From IMG/VR virus record IMGVR_UViG_3300025617_000007, positions 64,001-128,000 of that record: a stretch of DNA of 64,000 nt; one strand, written 5' to 3'. Of this stretch, positions 46,995-56,713 are shown in pieces; the stretch's first letter is position 1; the number at the start of each line of letters is the position of its first letter. Made by a program: the position numbers and the translations under genes. The notes beneath the pieces were generated by a model that was not told the origin of the DNA, ran no database searches, and saw only the letters and a program-made list of their open reading frames with translations. Source of the stretch: a virus.

Positions 46995-48512
46995 TTATGC
47001 GATGTTAAGGTCTTTAATTCTTCCATAAATAGTTCCAGCAGGAACCCCTTTATTTCTGTAATCGTTGTCCTCATTCTTAAAGAATAAGTCAAAAATATCA
47101 AAGAATTTCTTCAAATCAATTCTTACATCACCATACATATCACCATTTCTTATGGTTTTATTACGTATTTTATTTTTTCTAGGACCACCATTTCTCCACA
47201 AATCATATTTTTGTAACATTGGAAATGCTGATGAATATATATCTTCTAAGCTAATACTTTTTATGTAATCAAATTTTTCTCGTCTATTATTAATTGATTT
47301 TACCTTTTTAATTACATCACCTAAGTTACTCGCGATTGGTAATAAATCACCAACATCGTTTAATAACATTTGTTTAGTATCATCTTTACTATCATCAATA
47401 CGCGGTAATTTCCCCTTTTTATACATCTGCAATCTACTACTTACCAACGATTCTCTTTCTTGTTGAACGGTACTAGGTCTAATAACTACTTTATTATCCA
47501 CTACTTTATCACCACAAGCATCTAAAGTTAATAATAACCCATCATTTTTACCTGGTTTATTATCATAAACCACCTCACCATTTTTAACTATTTTAACTCT
47601 TGGTAAATCTTTATGTGCTCGACTAGTGACAGATATAAACCATATGTTAATAAGTCCTTTACCTTGTTTAACAATATTTTTTGATTGTTCATTTGTAACT
47701 GTAAATGTATCAACCCTTGTGCCCTTAATGTCACCATCTTTATTTGACCCATATTTTTTACTTATGTAACCATACGCAGGATTAACTAACTGAGCAGGTA
47801 ATTTAGGTTTACCTGAAATGTTGTGATATGTTATATTAGTGTCCGCGTTATTTAAATTAGCCGTTTTACCACCCTCACCATTTAATAACAATGTATCGTT
47901 GGCAAATAAGAAAAATTCAGCATTATTACACTCGTGAGATGGGACCCAAACCTTTATTTCAAGTCCTGTAACACAATCTAGTGTTATTATAGAGACAGGC
48001 TTTTTTTCACCTATCGCCTTTATTGTAAAATTTGAAAATTGTTCTTCTGTGTAATTATCATCTCTAGGATTGTCTTCACCTTGAGTATATTTAGTTGAAC
48101 CTATAACTGGTTCATTAACTACTATTTTAACATCTTGTAGAATATCAGACGCATTTTTTTCTAAATAGTTTTTTAATGTTTCGGCTCTTTTTTTAGATAA
48201 ATAACCTGGGTCGACTTTTTTCTTTGGAGTTACCTCAGCATCGTAGTTAGTTACCTGTGATTCCCCTGAATTAATTTCAACTTGTATAACACTACCTTTA
48301 TTCTTTTCTTTAAATGTTCTAATTTTTTGAATTGCATCATCAATTTTTTTAACATTCTCAGGTATTTTCCATTTACCCGATTGAAAAGTATCCGCAATGT
48401 CTATTTGTTCAGTGGGTTTATCTTGTTCAGTGGGTTTATCTTGTTCAGTAATAATTCTACGAACAATATTTTCTAAATCTGACTCAGTTAGACGTATTAT
48501 TTTTTTAGACAT
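46995..48512 (-). CDS. Putative head-packaged/ejection protein with degenerate OmpA-like domain
   Basis: Leader IIRLTESDLENIVRRIITE, TEQDKP repeats, 'FQSG...IQVEINSGESQV...LSKKRAETLKNYL'. Confidence 0.55.
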   Translation of the reverse strand: MSKKIIRLTESDLENIVRRIITEQDKPTEQDKPTEQIDIADTFQSGKWKIPENVKKIDDAIQKIRTFKEKNKGSVIQVEINSGESQVTNYDAEVTPKKKVDPGYLSKKRAETLKNYLEKNASDILQDVKIVVNEPVIGSTKYTQGEDNPRDDNYTEEQFSNFTIKAIGEKKPVSIITLDCVTGLEIKVWVPSHECNNAEFFLFANDTLLLNGEGGKTANLNNADTNITYHNISGKPKLPAQLVNPAYGYISKKYGSNKDGDIKGTRVDTFTVTNEQSKNIVKQGKGLINIWFISVTSRAHKDLPRVKIVKNGEVVYDNKPGKNDGLLLTLDACGDKVVDNKVVIRPSTVQQERESLVSSRLQMYKKGKLPRIDDSKDDTKQMLLNDVGDLLPIASNLGDVIKKVKSINNRREKFDYIKSISLEDIYSSAFPMLQKYDLWRNGGPRKNKIRNKTIRNGDMYGDVRIDLKKFFDIFDLFFKNEDNDYRNKGVPAGTIYGRIKDLNIA

Positions 48513-48550
48513 AATATATTTGTTTAATTATAAATATCTGTAAATAAAAA

Positions 48551-48573
48551 AAGGGGACCAAATGGTCCCCTTT
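48551..48573 (-). terminator. Terminator of the major capsid gene
   Basis: GGGGACCA-aa-TGGTCCCC plus a 7-nt U-tract on the minus strand. Confidence 0.8.
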
Positions 48574-48593
48574 AATATTGGAATTAAGATATA

Positions 48594-50336
48594 TTATCTT
48601 AATGAGTTCAAATCAAATGTTCTAACTCCATCAACGATGATTCTTCCGTAGAATCTGTTGTTCACCATCTTCTTAGCGTATCTGGTCATGATACCTTTGA
48701 TTGGTGTAAAGTTGAATGGGTTATACATTGTTGGTGTCAACTGTAATGGTACGTATGGTGCGTAAACGTAACCTGTATCCAATAGAGAAGAACCTTTATG
48801 ACCCATCAATACAGTGTTTGGTGGGAAGTAAGGGTCACGGTAAACTTGATATCTACCTGATAACGTACCTACTCTCTCAATACCCATGTTGTATTGGTCT
48901 TGGTCTGGTGCTGCGTTTGATACGTGGAAGTATTCCAAGTCATCAAAGATTGCTGAAATTTCAGAAGAAACTACAATCCAGTTAGCTCCACCTCTTAATG
49001 TTGATTTGTGAATTTGAGCTGAGATTTGGTTAATCGCAGTAATTAACGTTTGGTTCCAATCTTTTTGGTTGTAATTTACTGACCCGTTAGCCACTCTTTT
49101 CCAACCGTTGTAATCCCAACGTAATGTCCATGCTGCACCTTTTCTCAAGTCTCTTAAGATTTCACGGTCAATTTCTGCCGCAACTTGTTCAGACAATAAA
49201 GCTGTCAATTCAGCTTCAGCGTCGATGTTGTGGAATGCAGAAACGTCTTGTGCTAATTCTGGAGACCATTGTGCTCTTAGTTTTCTTTCTGTTACAGAAA
49301 CTGTTACTGACTCAAGGTCAAATGAAACTTCACCGATTCTATCTTCGAACTCCATATCTTTGTAGATTCTGTAAGTTGCGTTGAATGAAGGTGCTCCACC
49401 TGTGTAAGATACTCCTTCGTAACCATCTAATGATGTTGTTCCAATTGCCACTGGTGAAGATACGTCAACTGATAAATAAATTTTACCATCAGCAGTACAG
49501 ATATCATCATACTTACCACCAGGGAATGCTGTAGGAGCTTCCTGACCGTATTGTACGATACCTTTACCGTATTTCTGAGTAACAACATTAAAGTTATAGA
49601 AAGTAGAACCCGCTTTAACTTGTAATGAAGATAAGAACTCTTCAGTATCCATTTCGTTACCGTTAGGTCCGATTAATTTACCTGCTCCGTCAGATTGGAA
49701 ATTTGATAATTCAACCAATACCGCTCTAACTTCAGTTTGTGCAGTGTAGAATGCATTAGCACCTGTATCAGTTAATGAAGAACCGTCCCAAATCACATTA
49801 GTTAAACCCGTTGTGATTGCAGAATATGCACCTTTAGAGTAGTCGAATAAACCTGCTGGGTCTTCAGCTGGTTCAGCACCTTCGTAGAAACGGTCATACA
49901 AGTTTTTATCACCTGCACTGTAACCTGCCTCAGTACTACCTGTGTTACCAGGTGCACCGTAAGGTTGATAGTGACTGGATAAACCATCGACAGTCGTTCT
50001 GTTTTGAATTTTAGGTACGAAGTAGAACAATTTACCGATTGGTAAGTTCATAGCTTGTACTGATACGATATCATTAGCTAATAATTTAGAGAAAACTCTT
50101 CTAATGATAGGGAAAACAACTGTTTCAAATGAACCTGAGTTATCTGATGCAGATGCTTCGTTGATTAAGTGAGATGCTTGGTTTTCATACAATTGTGCCA
50201 TGTTCTCTTTAGTGTGACCTTTAAGTCCTTCTAGGAATCCTAATTTATCCCATTTGTTGATTGTGTCTTCTTTGATAACTTTCAAGTGCTTAAGACCGAT
50301 GTTACCAACTAGACCTGATTCTAATAATGCTCCCAT
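48594..50336 (-). CDS. gp23: Major capsid protein, T4 gp23-like
   Basis: 'IVSVQAMNLPIGKLFY', 'RKLRAQWSPELAQD..AFH.IDAEAEL', 'YAPYVPL', 'P.KGIMTRY'. Confidence 0.95.
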   Translation of the reverse strand: MGALLESGLVGNIGLKHLKVIKEDTINKWDKLGFLEGLKGHTKENMAQLYENQASHLINEASASDNSGSFETVVFPIIRRVFSKLLANDIVSVQAMNLPIGKLFYFVPKIQNRTTVDGLSSHYQPYGAPGNTGSTEAGYSAGDKNLYDRFYEGAEPAEDPAGLFDYSKGAYSAITTGLTNVIWDGSSLTDTGANAFYTAQTEVRAVLVELSNFQSDGAGKLIGPNGNEMDTEEFLSSLQVKAGSTFYNFNVVTQKYGKGIVQYGQEAPTAFPGGKYDDICTADGKIYLSVDVSSPVAIGTTSLDGYEGVSYTGGAPSFNATYRIYKDMEFEDRIGEVSFDLESVTVSVTERKLRAQWSPELAQDVSAFHNIDAEAELTALLSEQVAAEIDREILRDLRKGAAWTLRWDYNGWKRVANGSVNYNQKDWNQTLITAINQISAQIHKSTLRGGANWIVVSSEISAIFDDLEYFHVSNAAPDQDQYNMGIERVGTLSGRYQVYRDPYFPPNTVLMGHKGSSLLDTGYVYAPYVPLQLTPTMYNPFNFTPIKGIMTRYAKKMVNNRFYGRIIVDGVRTFDLNSLR

Positions 50337-50363
50337 TTTAGTATTTTTTAATTAATTTTAATT

Positions 50364-51731
50364 TTATTTTTGAATTTTACCCATCAAATCCTTCATTCTT
50401 AAGAATTGTGGATTCTCATAAGTTTTATTTTCAATAAGGTTAGTCGCGGAACCTTTAGACGGTGATTTCTGAACTTTAGATGTTACCGATTCAGTAACAA
50501 CTGAAGAACCTGATTTCGAATCTAAATCTTCTTTGATTGTTTTGTAAAGACCTTTAGATTCTTTGATTGTTTCTGCAGAATCAAAACGTCTTAAAATGTT
50601 TATTTTTTCTTGTTTTGTTGTCGAATGCTCAGTGAACAGTCGAGTTGCATATGCTAGATTTGAATTGAAAACTGCAACCTCGTTAAGTTTTTCTTTAAAG
50701 ATGTTAAGTGCCTTACGGTACTCTTCATTTTTTTCTCTTAACTGAGAAACTTCTTTTTCTAAAGATTCGTTTCTCTGTGCCGGTCTCTTTAAAGACTTAG
50801 GGAAGTTCTGAGGTTTTTTGTTAGTGATACGACCATTAACATTTGAACGAACAGAGGATTCTTTATATTCACCTTCCATTTCTTCACCTTCTTCCATTTG
50901 GTCCATACTCATATCTCCTGAATATTTTTTCTTACCCATAGACTTTTCCATTCCTTCACTTTCTTTTCTTCTATCAGCGAAAGATTGTTTCATTTTTCTA
51001 CCGCGGTCTTTCATACCTAATGAATCATCAAGGTCATCATCGTAACCTTCACCCATTTCTTCTTCAGATTCGTCTTCATCACCAAGTTCGATTTCATAAA
51101 CAATTTCATCTTCTAATTCCATTCCTTCACCCATTTCATCGTCCATTACATCTTCTTCTTCGTCACCCTCTGTTTGAATTTGATATTCAACGTCAGCTTC
51201 CTCGTCTTTTAAGTGAATCTCATCACCGTCTTGTGTTACCACAATACCGTCTTCTTCACCCATAGCTTTGAAAACCTTAAGGATTTCTTCGTCAGAAGCA
51301 CCTGTAAGGTCAAGAGGTAAAAGAATTTCTTCTTCGTCATCAACTTCTAAATCATCACCTGGTAAATCCATCATAAGCATTTCATCAGAATCCATTTCCA
51401 TATCATCTTCATCTTCCATTTCGTCAGACTCGTCTTCAAATTCCATTTCATCTTCTTCGTCATCCATATCCTCAATTTCCATGTCCAGCTCTTCTTGTTC
51501 TTTCATTTCGGTACCCATATCGTGGTCCCCTTTTTCTTTTTCTTCGCTTTCCATTTCTTCTGATGACATTTCTTCAATCTCTTTATCTGATAGAGATTCT
51601 TTTACTAATTCACTGATTTCTTCCTTCATAGTAGAAGCAAGTATTCCTTTTGCATTCTCCGTTACGGCTTCCTCCAAATTCTTCATTTGTAGTAGTGCCT
51701 CTTCAACTAAATTTTGTTTTTTTTCTGCCAT
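50364..51731 (-). CDS. gp22: Prohead core scaffold protein, gp22-like, very acidic
   Basis: Position between protease and capsid genes; E/D/M-rich; C-terminal coiled coil. Confidence 0.75.
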   Translation of the reverse strand: MAEKKQNLVEEALLQMKNLEEAVTENAKGILASTMKEEISELVKESLSDKEIEEMSSEEMESEEKEKGDHDMGTEMKEQEELDMEIEDMDDEEDEMEFEDESDEMEDEDDMEMDSDEMLMMDLPGDDLEVDDEEEILLPLDLTGASDEEILKVFKAMGEEDGIVVTQDGDEIHLKDEEADVEYQIQTEGDEEEDVMDDEMGEGMELEDEIVYEIELGDEDESEEEMGEGYDDDLDDSLGMKDRGRKMKQSFADRRKESEGMEKSMGKKKYSGDMSMDQMEEGEEMEGEYKESSVRSNVNGRITNKKPQNFPKSLKRPAQRNESLEKEVSQLREKNEEYRKALNIFKEKLNEVAVFNSNLAYATRLFTEHSTTKQEKINILRRFDSAETIKESKGLYKTIKEDLDSKSGSSVVTESVTSKVQKSPSKGSATNLIENKTYENPQFLRMKDLMGKIQK

Positions 51732-51825
51732 TCTATTTTTTTTTATTGCAAAAGTTTATTTATAGATTTACTAATAAATATATCGAAATGAAAAAAAACA
51801 CCTTTTTCTAAGTAATAAGCAAAAA

Positions 51826-51873
51826 AAAATCGGGTATTAACCCGATTTTATAATTTATCAGGTATAACCTGAT
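51826..51873 (-). terminator. Two adjacent hairpins downstream of 51893..52102
   Basis: aaaatcgggt/acccgatttt with a U-tract on the minus strand, and atcaggt-ata-acctgat. Confidence 0.6.
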
Positions 51874-51892
51874 TTAAGTATTTAGTTAGTTT

Positions 51893-52102
51893 TTATTCAA
51901 AAACTTCATCAATTTTACTTTCAACACATGCGGTTATTCTCCACTCGTGAGGAAATCCTTCAAACGCTTTAGTTACTTTAGCCTCAACATCTGTGACATT
52001 AATACCTTTAACTAATTTTTCTTCTCTGATTTTTTTAATCTTTCCTGAATTTTCATCAGGTAAGTCATAACTGACTTTCGCTACAAAATATTTTTCATCC
52101 AT
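51893..52102 (-). CDS. Hypothetical protein
   Basis: 69-aa ORF in the head operon. Confidence 0.55.
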   Translation of the reverse strand: MDEKYFVAKVSYDLPDENSGKIKKIREEKLVKGINVTDVEAKVTKAFEGFPHEWRITACVESKIDEVFE

Positions 52103-52115
52103 AATTTAAGTTTTT

Positions 52116-52838
52116 TTAATTTCCTAAATAATCGGAAAGTTTTCTCATTAAGTCAAGTGATTTGTCCATACCTTTTGAAGATTCTACTGAAGAACCTTTA
52201 TGTTTCGTTTCTTCTTCAATGTTTTCATCGTACTTTGTTCTATCATCTTGATTTAAGAATAAGTAAGCTCCTGGTGTTGATGGGGAAGATACTAAATCAA
52301 AACATATCAATTCAAAATCTTCTTGTACTTCATTCTTTTCACCTTTTTTTACTAATGAACCCACACCACGAGATGAAACTCCCATAGTAACACCCTGTCT
52401 CATAAGATTAGCTGCTTGGTCACCAGGGCAAGATACTACACCTTTTTCGTGGAAACCTGGTGATGTTAGTAATTTTAATTTACCCATAAGTACATTACCT
52501 TCCCACCACATATCAGTAATTAAATGCGATACACGGTCTAAATCGATTAGAGATGACTCAGGATGGTTAAGTTCAGATATTGATAACCCTTTCTTTATTG
52601 CTCCTTGATACTTATCAGCCTCTCTTTTTAAAATCTTTTCAGGGTAGATACGTCCGTTTCTATTCGGCGTATCGTATTTCTGTAATACAGCATAAAACTC
52701 AAAGGGTTTAGAGTGGTCTAATTGACCATAGGATTCTTTAATTACCTCAGCGTTTCTAGTATCGTTGGGATTTATAAATCCAGCATCCCATTCTATTAAT
52801 ATACCTTTACCTGTATCGTTCGGTCCTAATATTTTCAT
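52116..52838 (-). CDS. gp21: Prohead protease, T4 gp21-like
   Basis: NRNGRIYP, ELNHP (His), GVSSRGVGS (Ser), DLVSSPS (Asp). Confidence 0.92.
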   Translation of the reverse strand: MKILGPNDTGKGILIEWDAGFINPNDTRNAEVIKESYGQLDHSKPFEFYAVLQKYDTPNRNGRIYPEKILKREADKYQGAIKKGLSISELNHPESSLIDLDRVSHLITDMWWEGNVLMGKLKLLTSPGFHEKGVVSCPGDQAANLMRQGVTMGVSSRGVGSLVKKGEKNEVQEDFELICFDLVSSPSTPGAYLFLNQDDRTKYDENIEEETKHKGSSVESSKGMDKSLDLMRKLSDYLGN

Positions 52839-52857
52839 AATCTTTTATTTATAAATA

Positions 52858-53241
52858 TTACGGAATGCCAAGTACGACATCCCATTCACTTATTTGGATG
52901 GGGGTTAACCTTAATATTTTGTTTATTTTATCTACAATAAAATCTTTATATTGATAAGCTAATTCACTATCGTTCCCCTCTCCCGACCAAAAAACATAGT
53001 TATTTGCAAAATCAGTAACGTCTTTCCCGTCATACATAACCTCACCAATGGCTACATGAACAGTTATATCCTCATCTTCTATACTACCCTCCATAAAAAC
53101 ACTATCAGGTATAATAACTGAATTTCTATACCCAAATTTATATGAGTAATCTTTAGGTTTTATCATATTGTTAAGGTTATCCAAAACAGTATTTGATTCG
53201 AATAACCTTCTCATTTGATTTTCTTTTATGATAATTTTCAT
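52858..53241 (-). CDS. Hypothetical protein with N-terminal leader
   Basis: MKIIIKENQMRRLFES; late motif at 53255-53262. Confidence 0.55.
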   Translation of the reverse strand: MKIIIKENQMRRLFESNTVLDNLNNMIKPKDYSYKFGYRNSVIIPDSVFMEGSIEDEDITVHVAIGEVMYDGKDVTDFANNYVFWSGEGNDSELAYQYKDFIVDKINKILRLTPIQISEWDVVLGIP

Positions 53242-53264
53242 TTGGTCGTTTTAAGATAAATATA

Positions 53265-53702
53265 TCAGACCTTCTCTTTTTTTGTTTTGTGTAATGTGAA
53301 ATAATCTGAACCCATTAAAGGAAACCCATAAACCGTTTTAACTATACTTTTTATTTTATCTCTCAAAATGAGGGATTTAAATTCCGTATGTTCTTTTAAA
53401 AAAAGAGTTACTTCTAAATTCATGAAACTTCTTTTACCTATTTGTATTCCACTACTTCTTAAGTCCAAATCAACAATATTGTGTTTTTCAAAAAATAATG
53501 GGTCAACAACATCTAAAAGATGATGTTTAATGTCTCTTTCTAACATACCCGTAACTCTTTTCCAATTATTAACTTCCTTTATGGGTTCTACCCAACTTTG
53601 AATTACGATATATATCGATTTTAATTCTTTCGCATCTACGGTTCCGTAACTACACTTTGCATTCTCAAATCCTTTTAACTGAGACGTTTTTCCTTTTTTC
53701 AT
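53265..53702 (-). CDS. Hypothetical protein
   Basis: Preceded by a perfect sigma70-type promoter. Confidence 0.6.
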   Translation of the reverse strand: MKKGKTSQLKGFENAKCSYGTVDAKELKSIYIVIQSWVEPIKEVNNWKRVTGMLERDIKHHLLDVVDPLFFEKHNIVDLDLRSSGIQIGKRSFMNLEVTLFLKEHTEFKSLILRDKIKSIVKTVYGFPLMGSDYFTLHKTKKEKV

Positions 53703-53738
53703 ATAATTTTTTAATCATACTCGTTTATTTTTACATAA

Positions 53739-53767
53739 ATTATAAACAATAAAAGGGTCTATGTCAA
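53739..53767 (-). promoter_or_regulatory. TTGACA-N17-TATAAT promoter
   Basis: Exact canonical consensus on the minus strand. Confidence 0.7.
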
Positions 53768-53810
53768 AATATTGATTATTTCGGTATATTTATTTATAAT
53801 AAAAGAAGTT

Positions 53811-54002
53811 ATGATAATAATAAAAGTAGGAAAAAACGAAAATATTGAAAAGGCACTTAAGCGTTATAAGTTTAAAGTGTATAAGACAAAACAGATTGAC
53901 GAGATTCGTAATAGGAAAGAATATGTGAAAAAATCTGAAAAAAAAAGAAAGCAAAAACAAAAAGCCAAATATGTTCAAAAAATAAAGGGTTCAGAAATCT
54001 GA
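53811..54002 (+). CDS. rpsU: Ribosomal protein bS21 (63 aa from ATG 53811)
   Basis: MIIIKVGKNENIEKALKRYK...EIRNRKEYVKKSEKKR...KAKY matches the bS21 pattern; late motif at 53791-53798. Confidence 0.88.
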   Translation: MIIIKVGKNENIEKALKRYKFKVYKTKQIDEIRNRKEYVKKSEKKRKQKQKAKYVQKIKGSEI

Positions 54003-54013
54003 ACCCTTTTTTA
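53983..54013. terminator. Bidirectional terminator overlapping the bS21 stop
   Basis: aaagggttcag-aaat-ctgaaccctttt flanked by A/T tracts between convergent genes. Confidence 0.75.
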
Positions 54014-54036
54014 TTTAGTAGTTAATTAGTTAAGTG

Positions 54037-54771
54037 TTATAACCCTTGTTCTAATTGTCTTAATTTATATAGGGAAGATAATGTGTTTTCAGAATCGTTG
54101 ATTTTTTGAATGGTCATCTCAACCTTACTTTTTAAATCTTCATCATTTGACTCAGTTAACGTACTTTGTAGTTTATTTAATACTATTAGTTTAGATTTGT
54201 CAATCTCCTCAGACAATTGAGTTTTATTTAATGACAGTAAATCTTTTAATTCTTTTTTCTCTTCTTCAGATATATTACTAAACTCTTTATTAAATGTAAA
54301 TGTTGCAATTTTTAACATTGAACTTAAGGGTATGTTAAGTGACTCTGAAACCACTTTATTTACTACAACTTCAGAGATGTTATTTTTTATTCTGTTCTTA
54401 GATTCTAATATTTTTTCCAAATCTTTAACTGATGAATTATAAACAACGATATCAATGTCAGAGTAATGGTTATCTTTATTTTCTTTTAGGTTTTCAGAAA
54501 CCCACATATCAATCTCTTTAATCTTTTTTGATTCAGAAGTTATAATACTTTTTAATGTTTCAATACTTTCATTAACGTAATCATCCACAATATCCTTAGA
54601 CATTCCTTTTTTATTACTTAATTCATTATATAAGTAATAAGCTTCAGAAATTTTTTTATTGTTTAAAACATTCTTTTTAAAAGACTTCATGTGAGTCTTA
54701 AATGAAGGTTTACCATATGATTTTGTCAATAGAGACTCAATACCGGATTTTATTTGGCCAAATTTATTCAT
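54037..54771 (-). CDS. Hypothetical head-module protein
   Basis: Late motif 12 nt upstream; follows the portal gene. Confidence 0.55.
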   Translation of the reverse strand: MNKFGQIKSGIESLLTKSYGKPSFKTHMKSFKKNVLNNKKISEAYYLYNELSNKKGMSKDIVDDYVNESIETLKSIITSESKKIKEIDMWVSENLKENKDNHYSDIDIVVYNSSVKDLEKILESKNRIKNNISEVVVNKVVSESLNIPLSSMLKIATFTFNKEFSNISEEEKKELKDLLSLNKTQLSEEIDKSKLIVLNKLQSTLTESNDEDLKSKVEMTIQKINDSENTLSSLYKLRQLEQGL

Positions 54772-54791
54772 AATGTTTTTTATTATAAATA

Positions 54792-56666
54792 TTAGTCATT
54801 TAGCAATGTGTTGAGTTTTTCTTCAATTTCACTTAAAGATTTACGACCTTTTGATAAGTCTAATTCTGATTTACCTGTAATCATATCATCCTCTAAGATT
54901 AAGTTAAGGTCTTTTTCTTTAGTACTTTCAGGGGTAATATCAGCATCACCACCTTCAGGTGCTCCCCCAACATCTCCACCAGTATCTCCACCGATGTCAC
55001 CTCCAATATCACCACCTAAGTCTACACCTCCGAAGTCTCCACCTCCACCAAAGTCGGAACCTCCTCCAAATCCCGTGTCAGATGGTTCTGTAGTTTCACC
55101 TTCAGGGGTATCACCTTCACCAGGTTTGTTTCCGTATAACTTATCAATATTAGCGAAGATACCTGTTTTAGATATAACTTCAGGTGTTTTTTCAAGCTCA
55201 GCTCCGACAGCTTTCTCAATTCGTTGTTGTTGTAAATCAAGTTTAATTTCCTCGTCAGAAAAACCAAGAATATGTTTCTTAGCCCACGATGTTGATACAG
55301 GTTGTATCCCGTTTCCTGGGTCTGAGACGGCATCTCTATATAGTTGTATTTTACTTTGCCATTGCTCAACTTTAAGTAGGTCAGCCTGTGTTGATGGGTT
55401 AGTCAAACCTAATGTAAAGTTATTTAACTCATCTTCAAAACCTAAGACGTATAAATGTATAATTGCAATTTTATTTAACTCTTGAATCATCGATTTTTGA
55501 ATTCTATTGATAGTACGGGCAAAACGAATATCCTGTAAAGCCAAATTTTTACCGTCACCGACAACTTCCTCAAAACCTAAAAACGCTTTAGGTACTCTAA
55601 GGGCAGTTAATAATTTCTTTTGGATATATTCGATATCTGCAATCTCTGATAAGTTCTGAGCACCTGGTAAGGTATCTATTGGGTTTGGTGCGTTAGGGTC
55701 ACGAACAGGAATGAAATAATCTTGGTCAACAGCCATTTGATTATATCTTAAATCCACATTTCCATTTTGTGGGTCCGCAACTTGGTCACGTTTAAACTTA
55801 TTGGCAACACGTTGTACGTACGGTTCAACATCTTTGTCATCCATATTTCCTACAAATACTTTGAATACCCTTCGTTCAGGTGCTCGTGACGTTCTATAAA
55901 TTAACATTGCATCTTCAGAAAGAATAAGTTGTTTCCATATTCTTCTAGCCTTCTCTAACATAGAAGTACCGTAAGGAAGTTTACGGTCATCACCTAATAA
56001 TCTAAAGTGAGCCACCTCCCATGTGTTAAATTCAATATCCTTAGTTTGCCATAAGAATTTTAACGCATCATTTTCAGTATCCGTTGAGTTTCTCTCAGGT
56101 TTAATTTTCATACCTCGTTCTTGACGAGTAATTTCAATATTAGGTAATTGCTGTACCCCCATAACACCCTTTTCAGGGTCTAACTTTAAGTAAACAAAGT
56201 TATCCCCATACTTACAAGTATTTCTTGTCCACATAGGTAAATTAGTACTAATGTCGAGTCTATTGTTAAATAAGTCTCCCAAGACTGATTTAATTCGTTT
56301 ACTCTCAGAAAAAATTTGTAATATAAATCCATCTTCATTTGTTGTTGTTGATTCTTCAGCATATATGTCAAGAGCAGCAGATATTTCAGGAGTATACTCC
56401 ATACTTTCATAATCATAAAAAGACGCTAATCGAGTTGGTTCATAATAAACCGCCTGACTGTAAAGATTATTTTCAATCTTCTGCCATTGTTGACCTAAGT
56501 AAAGTGTTTGTTGTGCCTGTAATTTCTCTCTTTCGTATTCTTGTTTGTTAGGTGTTTTTAATAACTCCTTTTTATCAAACTTAAAGACAGGGGCTTGTTG
56601 GTCCAGTGTAGAATCGGGACCAAAAACTTTTGTAAGTCTTTGCCATATAGTATAATTGTCTTCCAT
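54792..56666 (-). CDS. gp20: Portal protein, T4 gp20-like
   Basis: 'PYGTSMLE.ARRIWKQL.L.EDAMLIYR.SRAPERRVF', 'DYFIPVR', 'IDTLPGAQNL..I.DI.Y.QKKL..ALRVP'; Gly/Asp-rich C-terminal tail. Confidence 0.93.
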   Translation of the reverse strand: MEDNYTIWQRLTKVFGPDSTLDQQAPVFKFDKKELLKTPNKQEYEREKLQAQQTLYLGQQWQKIENNLYSQAVYYEPTRLASFYDYESMEYTPEISAALDIYAEESTTTNEDGFILQIFSESKRIKSVLGDLFNNRLDISTNLPMWTRNTCKYGDNFVYLKLDPEKGVMGVQQLPNIEITRQERGMKIKPERNSTDTENDALKFLWQTKDIEFNTWEVAHFRLLGDDRKLPYGTSMLEKARRIWKQLILSEDAMLIYRTSRAPERRVFKVFVGNMDDKDVEPYVQRVANKFKRDQVADPQNGNVDLRYNQMAVDQDYFIPVRDPNAPNPIDTLPGAQNLSEIADIEYIQKKLLTALRVPKAFLGFEEVVGDGKNLALQDIRFARTINRIQKSMIQELNKIAIIHLYVLGFEDELNNFTLGLTNPSTQADLLKVEQWQSKIQLYRDAVSDPGNGIQPVSTSWAKKHILGFSDEEIKLDLQQQRIEKAVGAELEKTPEVISKTGIFANIDKLYGNKPGEGDTPEGETTEPSDTGFGGGSDFGGGGDFGGVDLGGDIGGDIGGDTGGDVGGAPEGGDADITPESTKEKDLNLILEDDMITGKSELDLSKGRKSLSEIEEKLNTLLND

Positions 56667-56713
56667 GTTCTTTTTTACATAAATAGTAAGTTTATTATAA
56701 TTAAACTAAAGAT

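Noticed and set aside
54808-55485. Plus-strand 225-aa Pro/Ser-rich ORF, and similar Ser-rich ORFs at 51268 and 61353
   Set aside because: Antisense shadows of the Gly/Asp- and Glu/Asp-rich tracts in the portal, scaffold and acidic proteins.
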